A stretch of DNA of 64,000 nt from Octopus sinensis (taxonomy: Eukaryota). The translations under genes and the position numbers were made by a program. Positions 51,416-62,810 of this stretch are shown here, piece after piece (the stretch's first letter is position 1; every line of letters begins with the position of its first letter). Under the pieces are notes generated by a model. That model was given only the letters and a program-made list of their open reading frames with translations, ran no database searches and was not told where the DNA came from. The stretch lies in contig NC_043000.1 of the NCBI RefSeq assembly GCF_006345805.1, forward strand, positions 67,952,001 to 68,016,000. Direction: 5' to 3'.

Positions 51416-51782
51416 AAAGCTTCCTTCAAAGCAGAGCTAGAAAAGCAATTGTCAAGTAGGTAAGAGGTTTTAAACAGGAGCGATATTTTCAAAATTGGTA
51501 AAACTAAAAATTGTCTAGGATAAATTAAATTCATTAATGTTACTGAATATGTTAGAGTTATTTAATTTCTGAAAGTTTTCGCTGCCGTTTGTTTATGTAG
51601 TTTGATTTCTTTATCCACCAATTTCTACTAAGATAGAAACGTGAGTATAATTAGTAATAGAGAAACGAAAATAAAACTTTGGAAACAGCAACGCCGCCAT
51701 AGCTTAGTGGAAACCATGAGCGTGCTTTCAAGGGGAATTATCAGAGAAAGACTTGAAAGTCAACATAAGATCGTAATACTTC

Positions 51783-51998
51783 ATGTAAAGTAAATATAAC
51801 AAATAATCCAGAATCCTTGTCCGGGACCAGATCGATCCCAAAATCTAATTAGTTTGTGCCAGTCACGAGGCCAAACATCCCTGAAAATTCCATCCGAATC
51901 TATCCAGCGTTTTTTAAGATATCTTGTCCACAGACAAACAAACAAACAAACACGACTGAAAACAACACCTCTGCCTAGCGAAGGCAGAGGTAATAATA
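51783..51998 (-). mobile_element. Helentron/HINE-like non-autonomous element
   Basis: Terminal perfect hairpin ACCTCTGCC-tagcgaa-GGCAGAGGT (51967-51991), adjacent (CAAA)n microsatellite and gatcgatcc palindromic segment. Confidence 0.6.
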
Positions 51999-52601
51999 AC
52001 ACTACTATCAGCAGCGATAACAATAACAGAACTCATTATAATGATGTAACTATTTTATAAAACTATCAATACATAAGCGCTTCCCAGTCACATGGTTCCA
52101 GGTTCAGTCCTCTGCATGGCATCTTGGGCAAGTGTCTTCTACTATTGCCTCGGGCCAACAAAGACTTGTGGGTGGATATGATAGACGGAAATTGAAAGAA
52201 GACGGTCGTATGTACACACACACACACACACACTGCCATGATATTCTGTCGGTTTGAAGTGATAGCCTTCTATATCTGCATTCGTTTGTAAACTGTAATT
52301 TGTAAACTATGCAATTTATAGCATACATACTAGTGCAGACATGAGAAATGATTTATCATACTCTGAAATAAATTATTATAGCTGGTAAGATAAATATATT
52401 CGTTTCATACCTCCTGACTTTCTGTATATTCTCTAAACTCTCCATGAATTATTTTTCAATGCTTGGATTTACTGGATTTCAACTGCAGAGGACTCCACAT
52501 TACATTCCTACGTATTGGGTTACTATATAGTATGAAGCCGGGTCCAGAAGAGGAGCTATTTTTGCGATTACCGCTGGATTATATAAATCCATATGTTGTA
52601 C

Positions 52602-52634
<33 letters not shown>

Positions 52635-54170
52635 TGATATACTGAATGGTGTACTCGATAAATTCTTAATTTCTAAAATGTCTTTCACAGGCAGGAAAGG
52701 GAATCAATTCGAAATGCGAAAGGGAGATAATTTCGAGAAATTAAGAAACATTTTCACAGTTAAATGATCATGATTTGGATAAGCACATTCTATAATCTTT
52801 GTTTCGACCACAATTTGGTTTCATCAGCCCAACATTATCCTATTACGACTCCCAGCAATTTATAACAATGTTTTAGCAAACAATATATTTCCTAAATATA
52901 TAGTTTGCTGTATCCTATATATATATGAACAATAAGCCAGGGTTCAGCTCCAAGTCACTGAAGAGGCAAAATCAGACCAAAACATTTGCTTAATGACGTC
53001 ACTCCGCTCGATGTGTTTTTATACATGAAGTCTATGGAAAAAAATTTTCTTCAAAATAAAATCCACGTCCTAGTGTGTTGGGATGTGTTAAAAAATAAAC
53101 ATACAAACATATATGCTTGCATTTGTGTGTGTGTGTGATCAAGAATTATGCCCCTTCCACAAAAAAGGAAATGTTTCGAGAAGCATGACATTCCAAAATC
53201 CTGACTCTACCCTCCTCTCCTTCGCTTCGATTAAATACCCACTCCTCATTTCAGCCTGTAAACGAAACAGAGCATAGAGCCCATCATCCACACTAACATT
53301 GACACTTTCAATTTTCATAAAATGTTAATACGTCCGATTCAATTTTCTTTTGAGGCTTTGTTGTTGACGGTCTCCTGTGAGAGAAGCTTTAAAAAAATTG
53401 TTCAGCGTATCATTTCTCTCGCAACAGATACAATGTTGAAGGGAAACTACTTGACTACACCTTGTCATGGAAAATAACCGACCATTCATACTATAGATTT
53501 GACTGAAGTTGGGTCGGTCCTACATTTGGTGCAGGCCTTTTAACTTAAGCTCACGTGCAAAGTAGATGGGACTTACTTGCCCTATATAATTCTCTATCAG
53601 TGGAACAGTTAGATACGATCTTAGTAAAGTTGCCTATAAATATATCTCTGAAAGTTTTCTGCAATGGTATAAGCAGCAATTTTTCATCGACGTCAGCATG
53701 CCCATCGCTTAGGGAGTGCACTGGACGGCACCGTCCCCTCACTATTCAGTAGTTTACCCTCAGATTTACACTAATATACTTATTTCGAAACTCCACTTTA
53801 GCATTATTATAAATTAGTGCTTACCCAGAATATTCTGAAGCACCCTCAAGCACCGAAGTCTGGCGACGGGCCTGGATGTCAGTAGTATCTGTTGACCAAT
53901 GTTGTTTATACACTTGACTAAATGTAAGGTTGGACAGCCTACAAAAATAGATATAATTGACAGAAGAGATAGAATATCGGATTAAGAATGCCTTGCAGTA
54001 TTGGGTGACGTCAATTCACATTCTTAATTCAAATCTCGCCGGGGTCGACTTTGCCCTTCGTCCTCCCAGTTTCGATAAAATAAACTACCAAGTCAACTAT
54101 TGGCATTCACTATATCCTCTCCAACTTTGTTAGGAATTATTATATCTTAGGAAATTAAAATATTAATCTG

Positions 54171-55161
54171 GGAAAGACTTTCTTTTGTATCCACCCCACT
54201 TTTTATTTTTATTATATATATTATTTTTTACAAAAACCCCCTGTTTTCGGGTACGGAGATTACGAATCTGAAAAAAAATTGACAAAAATCGGTATATCAA
54301 AATTTCAATTCCCCCGCCAGTTTCTTCAGTTTTCATTTTCTTCAGTTTTTTTCTTTCTTTTTTTTTTTTTTTTCTGCCAAATATATGGGAAAATAACGAG
54401 ATTATGATTCTGAAAAAAAAATTCCGAAAATGTTTGTAAAATTTAATTAAATACCTCTTTTTACCGTAGGAAATATCTCATCCCCAATCGACTTCTAGGC
54501 CATATGAAGCGTATATGTAAAAGCTTTTATCAAAAACTATGTGCGAAAAACAGTTTGTGTGAGAATCGGCTGTTATTTCTAGCATGTGGATAGACTGCTT
54601 GAAAGCTTATTGAATGTACGGGAGCGTGTGGGTTACGTTTCCGTCATATGCGCCCAATTTTGATTTCGATTTAAAAAGTTATTTGGAAATCATAAAGAGA
54701 AACGAACAACAGAATCGGGCCGTCCGCATTTTAAAAAAGAAAATATAAAAGAAAATTCCATCACCACACTACTTCCAAAGTTTCACTTTTAGCGTAGCAG
54801 TCAATGCATGCGCAATGGCGAAAAGGGTTTCAAAATTTCGTGTTTATGCCGTAGACTGCAAGGGGAGGAGGAGGGGTAATTCTTTTTTTTTTAATTGAAA
54901 TTTTACAAAACTATTTTCAGAATCATAATCTCCGTATTTTTCTACATATTTAGCCAAAAAAAAAAAACAAAAAAAAAAAACTGAAAATAGTGAAAACTGA
55001 AGAAATTGATGGGAGAGTGTGTGTGTAGGGGATTGAAATTTTGATATACCGATTTTTGCCAATTTTTTTTTTTCAGATTTGTAACCCCCGTACCCGAAAA
55101 CCTATAAAAATAAAAAAACAAAGTGGGGTTTTTGGGGTGGGGTCCAAAAGGAAGTATTGCC
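54171..55161. mobile_element. Non-autonomous long-TIR DNA element (Merlin-like or MULE-like)
   Basis: About 280-bp imperfect TIRs starting GGAAAGAC / GGCAATAC; exact 8-bp TSD TTAATCTG at 54163-54170 and 55162-55169. Confidence 0.88.
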
Positions 55162-55453
55162 TTAATCTGTTATAAGATTCGCTTCCGCTGACACTTTAAG
55201 GCGAAACTTAAAATCCCAATAAACGGATTTTATAAATTTGGTTCTACTGTGTCACCCTCCTTCAATAATATACTGATGGTATTCTTGAATTCATTTTACA
55301 GTAATAACCTTAAATTGATATTTATATTATTCTCTATTATAAAATAAAATAAAAATCAGTGTGAAAAATGGACAAGCTTTTGTTGAAATATGTTTTATTG
55401 TAATGTTATTCATATGATAAGAATATTGCGATCCTTTTTCATTATATTACTAG

Positions 55454-55565
55454 GTTTGGCTGACGACGTATGTTTGATACAAAATGACCAAGGATCAACA
55501 GATAAAGTTTATTGTAAATTCGGATGCTGTGAATCACTCGATGGTATATACTGCTGTGTGAGAGA
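55454..55565 (+). CDS. Exon 2: six-cysteine ectodomain (Shisa-like/CYYR1/WBP1-VOPP1 type)
   Basis: tactag|GT TTG GCT...AGA GA|gtaagt encodes (G)LADDVCLIQNDQGSTDKVYCKFGCCESLDGIYCCVR(D); pattern C-x13-C-x3-CC-x7-CC. Confidence 0.88.
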
Positions 55566-55866
55566 GTAAGTTTCTTTCGTTATTATTATTTGTTCAGTTT
55601 TCCACTTTCTCATTCTTTGAAATATTTCTTTTCCTAAAATATTTTTTACTTTACTTTGTCACATATTTTTAATACTATCGCTCGGTCCTCTTACCCACTC
55701 AGCCACCCATAAATATATATATGTGCATGTGTGTGTGTACAGTATGTAGCGGACGCTTAGTGAAATTCCCTCTCTGTCATATATAATATAAATACGGACG
55801 TAGCAGATAACAGCTAACCTTCGGCACCTTGGGCCCTGTTGTGCCCACTACTCTGATTGGTTGGAT

Positions 55867-55966
55867 NNNNNNNNNNNNNNNNNNNNNNNNNNNNNNNNNN
55901 NNNNNNNNNNNNNNNNNNNNNNNNNNNNNNNNNNNNNNNNNNNNNNNNNNNNNNNNNNNNNNNNNN
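55867..55966. other. Assembly gap (100 N)
   Basis: Run of n. Confidence 1.
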
Positions 55967-56509
55967 ATGTATGTGTTTGTATGTGCGCATGGGAATGTGT
56001 GTGTGTGTGTGTGTGTGTGTGAATGTGGAAGTGTATGTATGAGTGTAGGAGTGTACTTATGCGTATGTTCGTGTGTGCACGTGGAGATGTGTGTGTATGT
56101 ATGTGTGTATGCATGTGTGTATGCATGTGTATGTGTGTGCACGTATGTGTTGTGTGTGTTCATGTGTATGTGTATGTGTGCACATATGTGTGTGCACATA
56201 TGTGGGTTGTGTGTGTGGTGTAGGTGGGAGGTATATGTGTGTTCATGTATGTGTGCGTGTGTGTGCATGTGCGCATATGTACGTGTGTGTATGTATGTGC
56301 ATGTGTGTATATAAAAATAAAATAGATTAAAACAATAGAGAAAAATACAGGATAAAAATAATAAATAAAAAAATAAAAGTTACAAGATAAAAAATGAAAA
56401 GATAAAAAATAGAAATTAATACAAGGATAAAAAATGATGAAAAAGTGTTTAAGGTAAAAGGAGATAATAAATAGATAAAATAAAAGGATCAAAAGAAGTT
56501 TACAGAGGT

Positions 56510-56855
56510 GTCAGAGATGGTAGATGTAAATTGGAGAGAAAGGTGAAAGTTAGAAAGGAAAGAGACTAATTGGGGAGTTGTTTGCCAGAGAGGGAGGTGG
56601 CACTTATACAATTGCTTATTGCCTATGTAGCCTGAACTGACTCTGGGGGGTCAGTTCAGAGAATTGGGAGAATACTGGGCCTCACTGTAATCAACAAATA
56701 AGTTGGGGAAATTGGGGCCCATTGTTGTATCCATAGCAACACCAGACAATATTGGTAAATCTTCCCCATGAATGTAAAGTAGTTGAGGGTGAGGACAAGT
56801 TCTGCTAGACAGATAAGGGTGGAGATGCTGGGCATGGGGTCGGGGCGACAGTCAA
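56510..56855 (-). mobile_element. Penelope-like RT fragment, old
   Basis: STLICLAELVLTLNYFTF...GVAMDTTMGPNFPNLFV. Confidence 0.75.
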
Positions 56856-56863
56856 GTATGTGT

Positions 56864-57644
56864 CATCATCATCGTTTAACGTCTGCTTTCCATGCTAGTA
56901 AGGGTCAGACGATTTGACTGAGGACTGACGAAACAGATGGCTGCACCAGGCTCCAATCTGATCAGGCAGAGTTTCTACAGCTGGATGCCCTTCCTAATGC
57001 CAACCACTCCGAGAGTGTAGTGGGTGCTCTTATGTGCCTCCGGCACAAGGCCAGCCAGGTGGTACTGGCAACAGCCATGCTCAAATGGTGTTTTTACATG
57101 CCACCTGCACAGGAGCCAGTCCAGTGGCACTGGCTATGACCTCGCTCAAATGTTTTTTTTCACATGCCACCGGCACAAGTGCTAGTAAAGCGACGCTGGT
57201 ACCAATCACACTTGAATGGTGCTTTTTATGTGCCGCTGGCATGGAAGCTAGTTAGCTGCCCTGGCAACGATCATGTTTGGATGGTGCTCTTAGCACTCCA
57301 CTAGCATGGATGCTAGTCATCGAATTTGATTTCGATTTTTATTTCACTTGCCTCAACAAGTCTTGAAAGGTATGCATAAGTGGGCTGGTTACACCTCTGG
57401 CATAGGCCACAAGGTTATGGTCTCACTTGGCTTGCCGGGTCTTCTCAAGTACAGCATATTTCCAAAAGCTACAGTCACCCAAGTCTTCCTGGGTTTACCT
57501 CTTCCACAAGTTCCCTCAACTGCTAGGGTGTGACACTTTTTCACACAGCTATCCTTATCCATTCTCTCCACATGATCATACCAGCACAGTCGTCTCTCTT
57601 GCACACCACATCTGATGCTTCTTAAGTCCAACTTTTCTCTCAAG
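56864..57644 (-). mobile_element. RTE LINE 3' fragment with 3' UTR and (CAT)n tail
   Basis: LREKLDLRSIRCGVQERRL, GRGKPRKTW and the tail motif. Confidence 0.9.
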
Positions 57645-58064
57645 ATATGTGTGTGTGTGTGTGTGTGTTTGTATGGAAAATTTTGTGCAGCAAACACAGA
57701 ATTAAACTTTACCTTCAAAACATTTAACAATCAACTAAATTGCTGTCACAAGTGTGCAGAACCATTTGTTTCTGTAGCATGACAGAGTAGGTCTTTCTTC
57801 AACATTTAACAAATATTTAACAACCGTTTTGTGTGAATTGGCACGAAATATATCCAGCTCACCTCAACATATGCATACATACATATACACATACATACAT
57901 ATATGCATACATGTGTGTGTGTGTGTGTGTGTGTGTGCATGCATGTGTGGCAGGGAGTGAGTGCAGATATTTATGTTCATTCTTTTCTTTTATATATTGT
58001 TTGTTAGTCCATTTATTATGTAACAATGTAACAATAATGTTATTTGTTTTCTCCCATTATTTAG

Positions 58065-58246
58065 CTATATTCTCGAGGCACAGTATGAATATGGCTACAA
58101 GATTGCTGGTGCAGTGGTTGGCGTTATAGTTGGATGTGTATTTTTAGTTGTCATATTTCGCTGTCTTGTGGCTCTTCGTCGAATGAACAATGTACAAGTA
58201 ATTACTGTGGAAGATGACACACAACACACTAGAAGTGTCTCCATGA
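58065..58246 (+). CDS. Exon 3: transmembrane helix and start of cytoplasmic tail
   Basis: atttag|C TAT ATT...ATG A|gtgagt encodes (D)YILEAQYEYGYKIAGAVVGVIVGCVFLVVIFRCLVALRRMNNVQVITVEDDTQHTRSVSM; phase fits exon 2; hydrophobic stretch followed by RR. Confidence 0.88.
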
Positions 58247-58347
58247 GTGAGTTAATAGATTTTTTTGATGATTTAATTACTATTCACATACATGTTAAAT
58301 GCATATCTGTATCCACGTGTATGACATGTGTGTGTGTGTGTATATAT

Positions 58348-60437
58348 CATCATCATCATTTAACGTCTGTTTTCCATGCTAGCACGGGTTGGAAGGTTCG
58401 ACCGCGGTCTGGGAAGCCAGGGGCTGCACCAGGCTCCAGTCTGATCTGGCAGTGTTTCTACAGCTGGATGCCCTTCCTAACGTCAACCACTCCGCGAGTG
58501 TAGTGGGTGCTTTTTACGTGCCACCTGCACAGGTGCCAGGGGGGTCTGGCATCGGCCACGATTGGTTGGTGCCTTTAACGTGCCACCGGCACGGAAACCA
58601 GCCAAGGCGGCGCTGGCATTGGCCACGTTCGGATGGTGCTTTTTATGTGCCACTGGCACAGAAGCCAGTTGAGGTGGTGCTGGCATCGGCCACGTTTGGA
58701 TGGTGCTTTTTATGTGCCACCGGCACAGAAGCCAGTAGAGGCGGCGCTGGCAATGGCCACGTTCGGATGGTGCTTTTTATGTGCCACTGGCACAGGTACC
58801 ACAACTACTATTTCCATTGATATTTGTTTCGATGTTCATGTACATGCACTTGACTCAACAAGTCTCCTCAAGCACAGCGAGATGTTCCGGGATCCAAGGT
58901 ACTTTGAATGGGCAGGGGCTATGCGGAACTGGTGCTGGAAACATCCCGAGTCTTTGTAGTCACAGCACATCTCCAGAGACCTCGGTCCTTCGCCATTGCC
59001 TCAGTGAGGCCCAATGCTCTGAGGTCATGCTTGACTACCTCATCCCATGTCTTCCTGGGTCTACCTCTCCCCCTGATTCCTTCAACTGTTTGGGAGCGGC
59101 ACTTCTTCACACATCTCTCCTCATCCATCCGCAGTACATGACCATACCATCACAAGCATCGCTCTTGCACACCGCATCTGATGCTTCTTATGTCTAGCAC
59201 TTCTCTCAGGGTGCTTACATTCTGTCGTGCATTCACTCTGACATTACACATCCAGCAGATCATGCAAGCTTCATTTCTTTCAAGTCTACGCATGTCCTCT
59301 GCAGTCATGGCCCATGTTTCACTGCCATGAAGCATGGCAGTTTGCACACATGCATCATACAATCTACCTTTCACTCTGAGTGAGAGACCCTTTGTCGCCA
59401 GTAGGGGTAGGAGCTTTCTAAACTTTGCCCAGGCTATTCGTATTCTAGTGGTGATACTCTCTGAGCATCCACCTCCACTACTAACTTGGTCACCCAGGTA
59501 GCGGAAACTATCAACTACTTCTAGTTTCTTCCCCTGGAGTGTGATGGAATCTGTTTTCTGAGTGTCTGTGGTGTCTATTGTCCCTGGTCATCTGCTGCAC
59601 ATGAAAGCTATCTTATCAGTTAATTTCCCTTTGATGTTGCTGCACCTCTTATGCATCCATAGCTTACACTGGGTGCATCTTATGGAGTTTCTACCTACAC
59701 CTTTCCTACAGCTCGAGCAGGGCCACCTGCCCGATGGGGTATGTGCTAAGTTCGCCTTTCTGCTTACTATAACTTTGGTCTTTGCTACATTTACTCCAAG
59801 GCCCTTTGATTCTAACCCTTGTTTCCACACCCGAAATTTCTTTTCTAGTTCCGATAGTGATTCTGCTATGAGAGCCAGGTCATCAGCATAGAGGAGCTCC
59901 CAGGGGCAACCTGTTTTGAATTCCTCTATTATTGCCTGGAGGTCTATGATGAATAAAAGAGGACTGAGGGCTGAGCCTTGGTGTACACCTACTTCTACCC
60001 GGAATTCTTCACTATATTCGTTGCCAATCCTAACCTTGCTGACAGCCTCTCTGTATAGAGCCTGTACAGCCCTTATTAGCCATTCGTCAATCTCCAGTTT
60101 CCGCATCGACCACCAGATAAGGGATCGGGGGACCCTGTCAAAGGCTTTCTCCAAGTCCACAAAAGCTATGTAGAGGGGTTTATCTTTAGCTAGGTACTTC
60201 TCCTGCAGTTGTCGGACCAGGAATATAGAATCAGTGGTGCTTCTACCCGGCACAAAAACCGAACTGCATCTCATCTAGCAAATTAAGCCTTTCCAATGAG
60301 ATGAGTTATGACCCTCTCTGTGACCTTCATCACCTGATCCAACATCCGTTTAATACCCCTGTAGTTATTTCTATCTAGAGCATCACCCTTACCCTTGTAG
60401 CAGTTGACTATGGTGCTGCTACGCCAGTCATTGGGTA
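58348..60437 (-). mobile_element. RTE LINE, 5'-truncated (RT and 3' UTR)
   Basis: VDLEKAFDRVPR, GVHQGSALSPLLF, LLYADDLAL, MLHGSETW and (CAT)n tail. Confidence 0.96.
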
Positions 60438-60449
60438 ATATATATATAT

Positions 60450-60494
<45 letters not shown>

Positions 60495-60835
60495 TCATGC
60501 ACTTTCTCCTCAGTTTACAACCTATGCAACTTACAACCAGAAAAAATAAATAGATGAATAAAAATAAAAAAATTTTAAAAATCGATTTTCAGACGTTGGG
60601 AAGCTACACATATGATAACTATGGCAGCATCTGGCAATGCAGGCCTCCGTTAGACCAAGGCATCCACTGCCTGCCATTGTCTCTCACTCAGTTGCTTTCA
60701 AGCACCAGTTGCATTTGAATGACAATAGTGCTGAAGAATATAAGTCCGACATATGAGCTGATTGACTTACATGCTGTCAGTCAGAACAGAACTCAGTTGT
60801 AAGCCAAGGAGAAGGTGTATATATATATATATATA

Positions 60836-62654
60836 TACATTAGCCAAAGATAAGCCCCTGTACCTGGCTTTTGTTGACATGGAGAAAGCCTTCGACAGGG
60901 TCCCCCGATCCCTTATCTAGTGGTCAATGAGGAAACTAGGGATAGATGAATGTTTAGTGAGAGCTGTGCGAGCCATGTACAGGGACGCTGCTAGTAAGGT
61001 GAGGGTTGGCAACGAGTACAGTGAGGAATTCCGGGTAGAGGTAGGGTCCACCAAGGCTCAGTCCTCAGCCCCCTCCTATTTATCATAGACCTCCAGGCAA
61101 TAACGGAGGAATTCAAGACAGGATGCCCTTGGGAGCTCCTCTATGCTGATGACCTTGCTCTAATTGCTGAGTCACTATCAGAACTGGAGAAGTTTCAGGT
61201 GTGGAAGCAAGGATTAGAATCGAAGGGCCTTAGAGTCAATCTAGCTAAAACCAAAGTCCTAATAAGTAGGAAGGTAGACAAATCACAAACGCCTTCAGGT
61301 AGGTGGCCCTGCTCGATCTGTAGAAAAGGTGTAGGTAGAAACTCTATAAGATGCACCAAGTGTAAGCTATGGACACATAAGAGGTGCAGCAATGTCAAAG
61401 GAAGGCTAACTAGGAAGATGGTTTTTGTATGTGGCAGATGCTCAGGAACAATAAACACTGAAAATGCTCTGAGACCAACTTCTGTCACTTTCCAGCGAGA
61501 AAAACTAGAAATAGTTGATAGCTTCCGTTACCTAGGTGACCAAGTCAGCAGCGGGGGCGGGTGTGCTGAAAGTGTAACTGCTAGAGTAAGAATAGCTTGG
61601 ACAAAGTTCAGAGAGCTCTTACCTCTGCTGGTGACAAAAGGCCTCTCGCTCAGAGTAAAAGGCAGACTGTATGACACGTGTGTACGAACAGCCATGCTAC
61701 ATGGCAGTGAAACATGGGCCGTGACTGCTGAGGATATGCGTAAGCTCGCAAGAAATGAAGCCAGTATGCTCCGATGGATGTGTAATGTCAGTATTCATAC
61801 TCGACAGAGTGTAAGTACCTTAAGAGAAAAGCTAGACCTAAGAAGCATCAGATGTGGTGTACAAGAGAGACGTTTGCGCTGGTATGGACATGTGGCGAGA
61901 ATGGATGAAAATAGTTGTGTGAAAAAGTGCCACACCCTAGCGGTTGAGGGAACCTGTGGAAGAGGCAGACCCAGGAAAACCTGGGACGAGGTGGTGAAGC
62001 ACGACCTTTGAACTTTAGGTCTCACTGAGGAAATGACTAGAGACCGAGACCTCTGGAAGTATGCTGTGCGTGAGAAGACCCGTCAGGACAAGTGAGACCA
62101 TAACCCGTGGCCTTCTACATGGGATGTAGCCAGCCCACTTATGCATACCTTCCCTTCTTGGGACACAAAACTCTACTTGTGAAGACCTGTTGAGGCAAGT
62201 GAGAATCAGAATTGAAATTGATCAATGGAAATTGCAGCTGAGTTACCAGTGCCGATGGCATGTAAGAGAACCATCCGAACACGGCCGTTGCCAGCGCCGC
62301 CTCAACTGGCCTCGTGCCGGTGGAACGTAAAAAGCACCATCTGTTCGTGGCCGTTGCCAGCGCCGACCCGACTGGCCTCGTGCCGGTGGCACGTAAAAAG
62401 CACCATCCGTTCGTGGCCATTGCCAGCCCAGCCTGGGCCCCGTGCCAGTGGCACATAAAAAGCACCATCCATTCGTGGCCATTACCAGCCTCGCCTGGCC
62501 CCCGTGCCGGTGGCATATAAAAAGCACCATCCGATCATGGCCGTTTGCCAGACTCATCCGGTACCTGTGCCGGTGGCACGTAAAAAGCACCCACTACACT
62601 CATGGAGTGGTTGGCGTTAGGAAGGGCATCCAGCTGTAGAAACATTGCCAGATC
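60836..62654 (+). mobile_element. RTE LINE, 5'-truncated and lacking the final tail
   Basis: VDMEKAFDRVPR, LLYADDLAL, FRYLGD, LRWYGHV; 3' UTR with tandem subunits. Confidence 0.96.
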
Positions 62655-62674
62655 AAAGTTTATTTATCTAAGTT

Positions 62675-62718
<44 letters not shown>

Positions 62719-62736
62719 ATATATATAATATATATA

Positions 62737-62798
<62 letters not shown>

Positions 62799-62810
62799 AT
62801 ATATATATAT

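Noticed and set aside
62249-62590. CRISPR-like appearance of regularly spaced repeats
   Set aside because: The intervening sequences are homologous rather than unique spacers, the context is a eukaryotic LINE UTR, and no cas genes are present.
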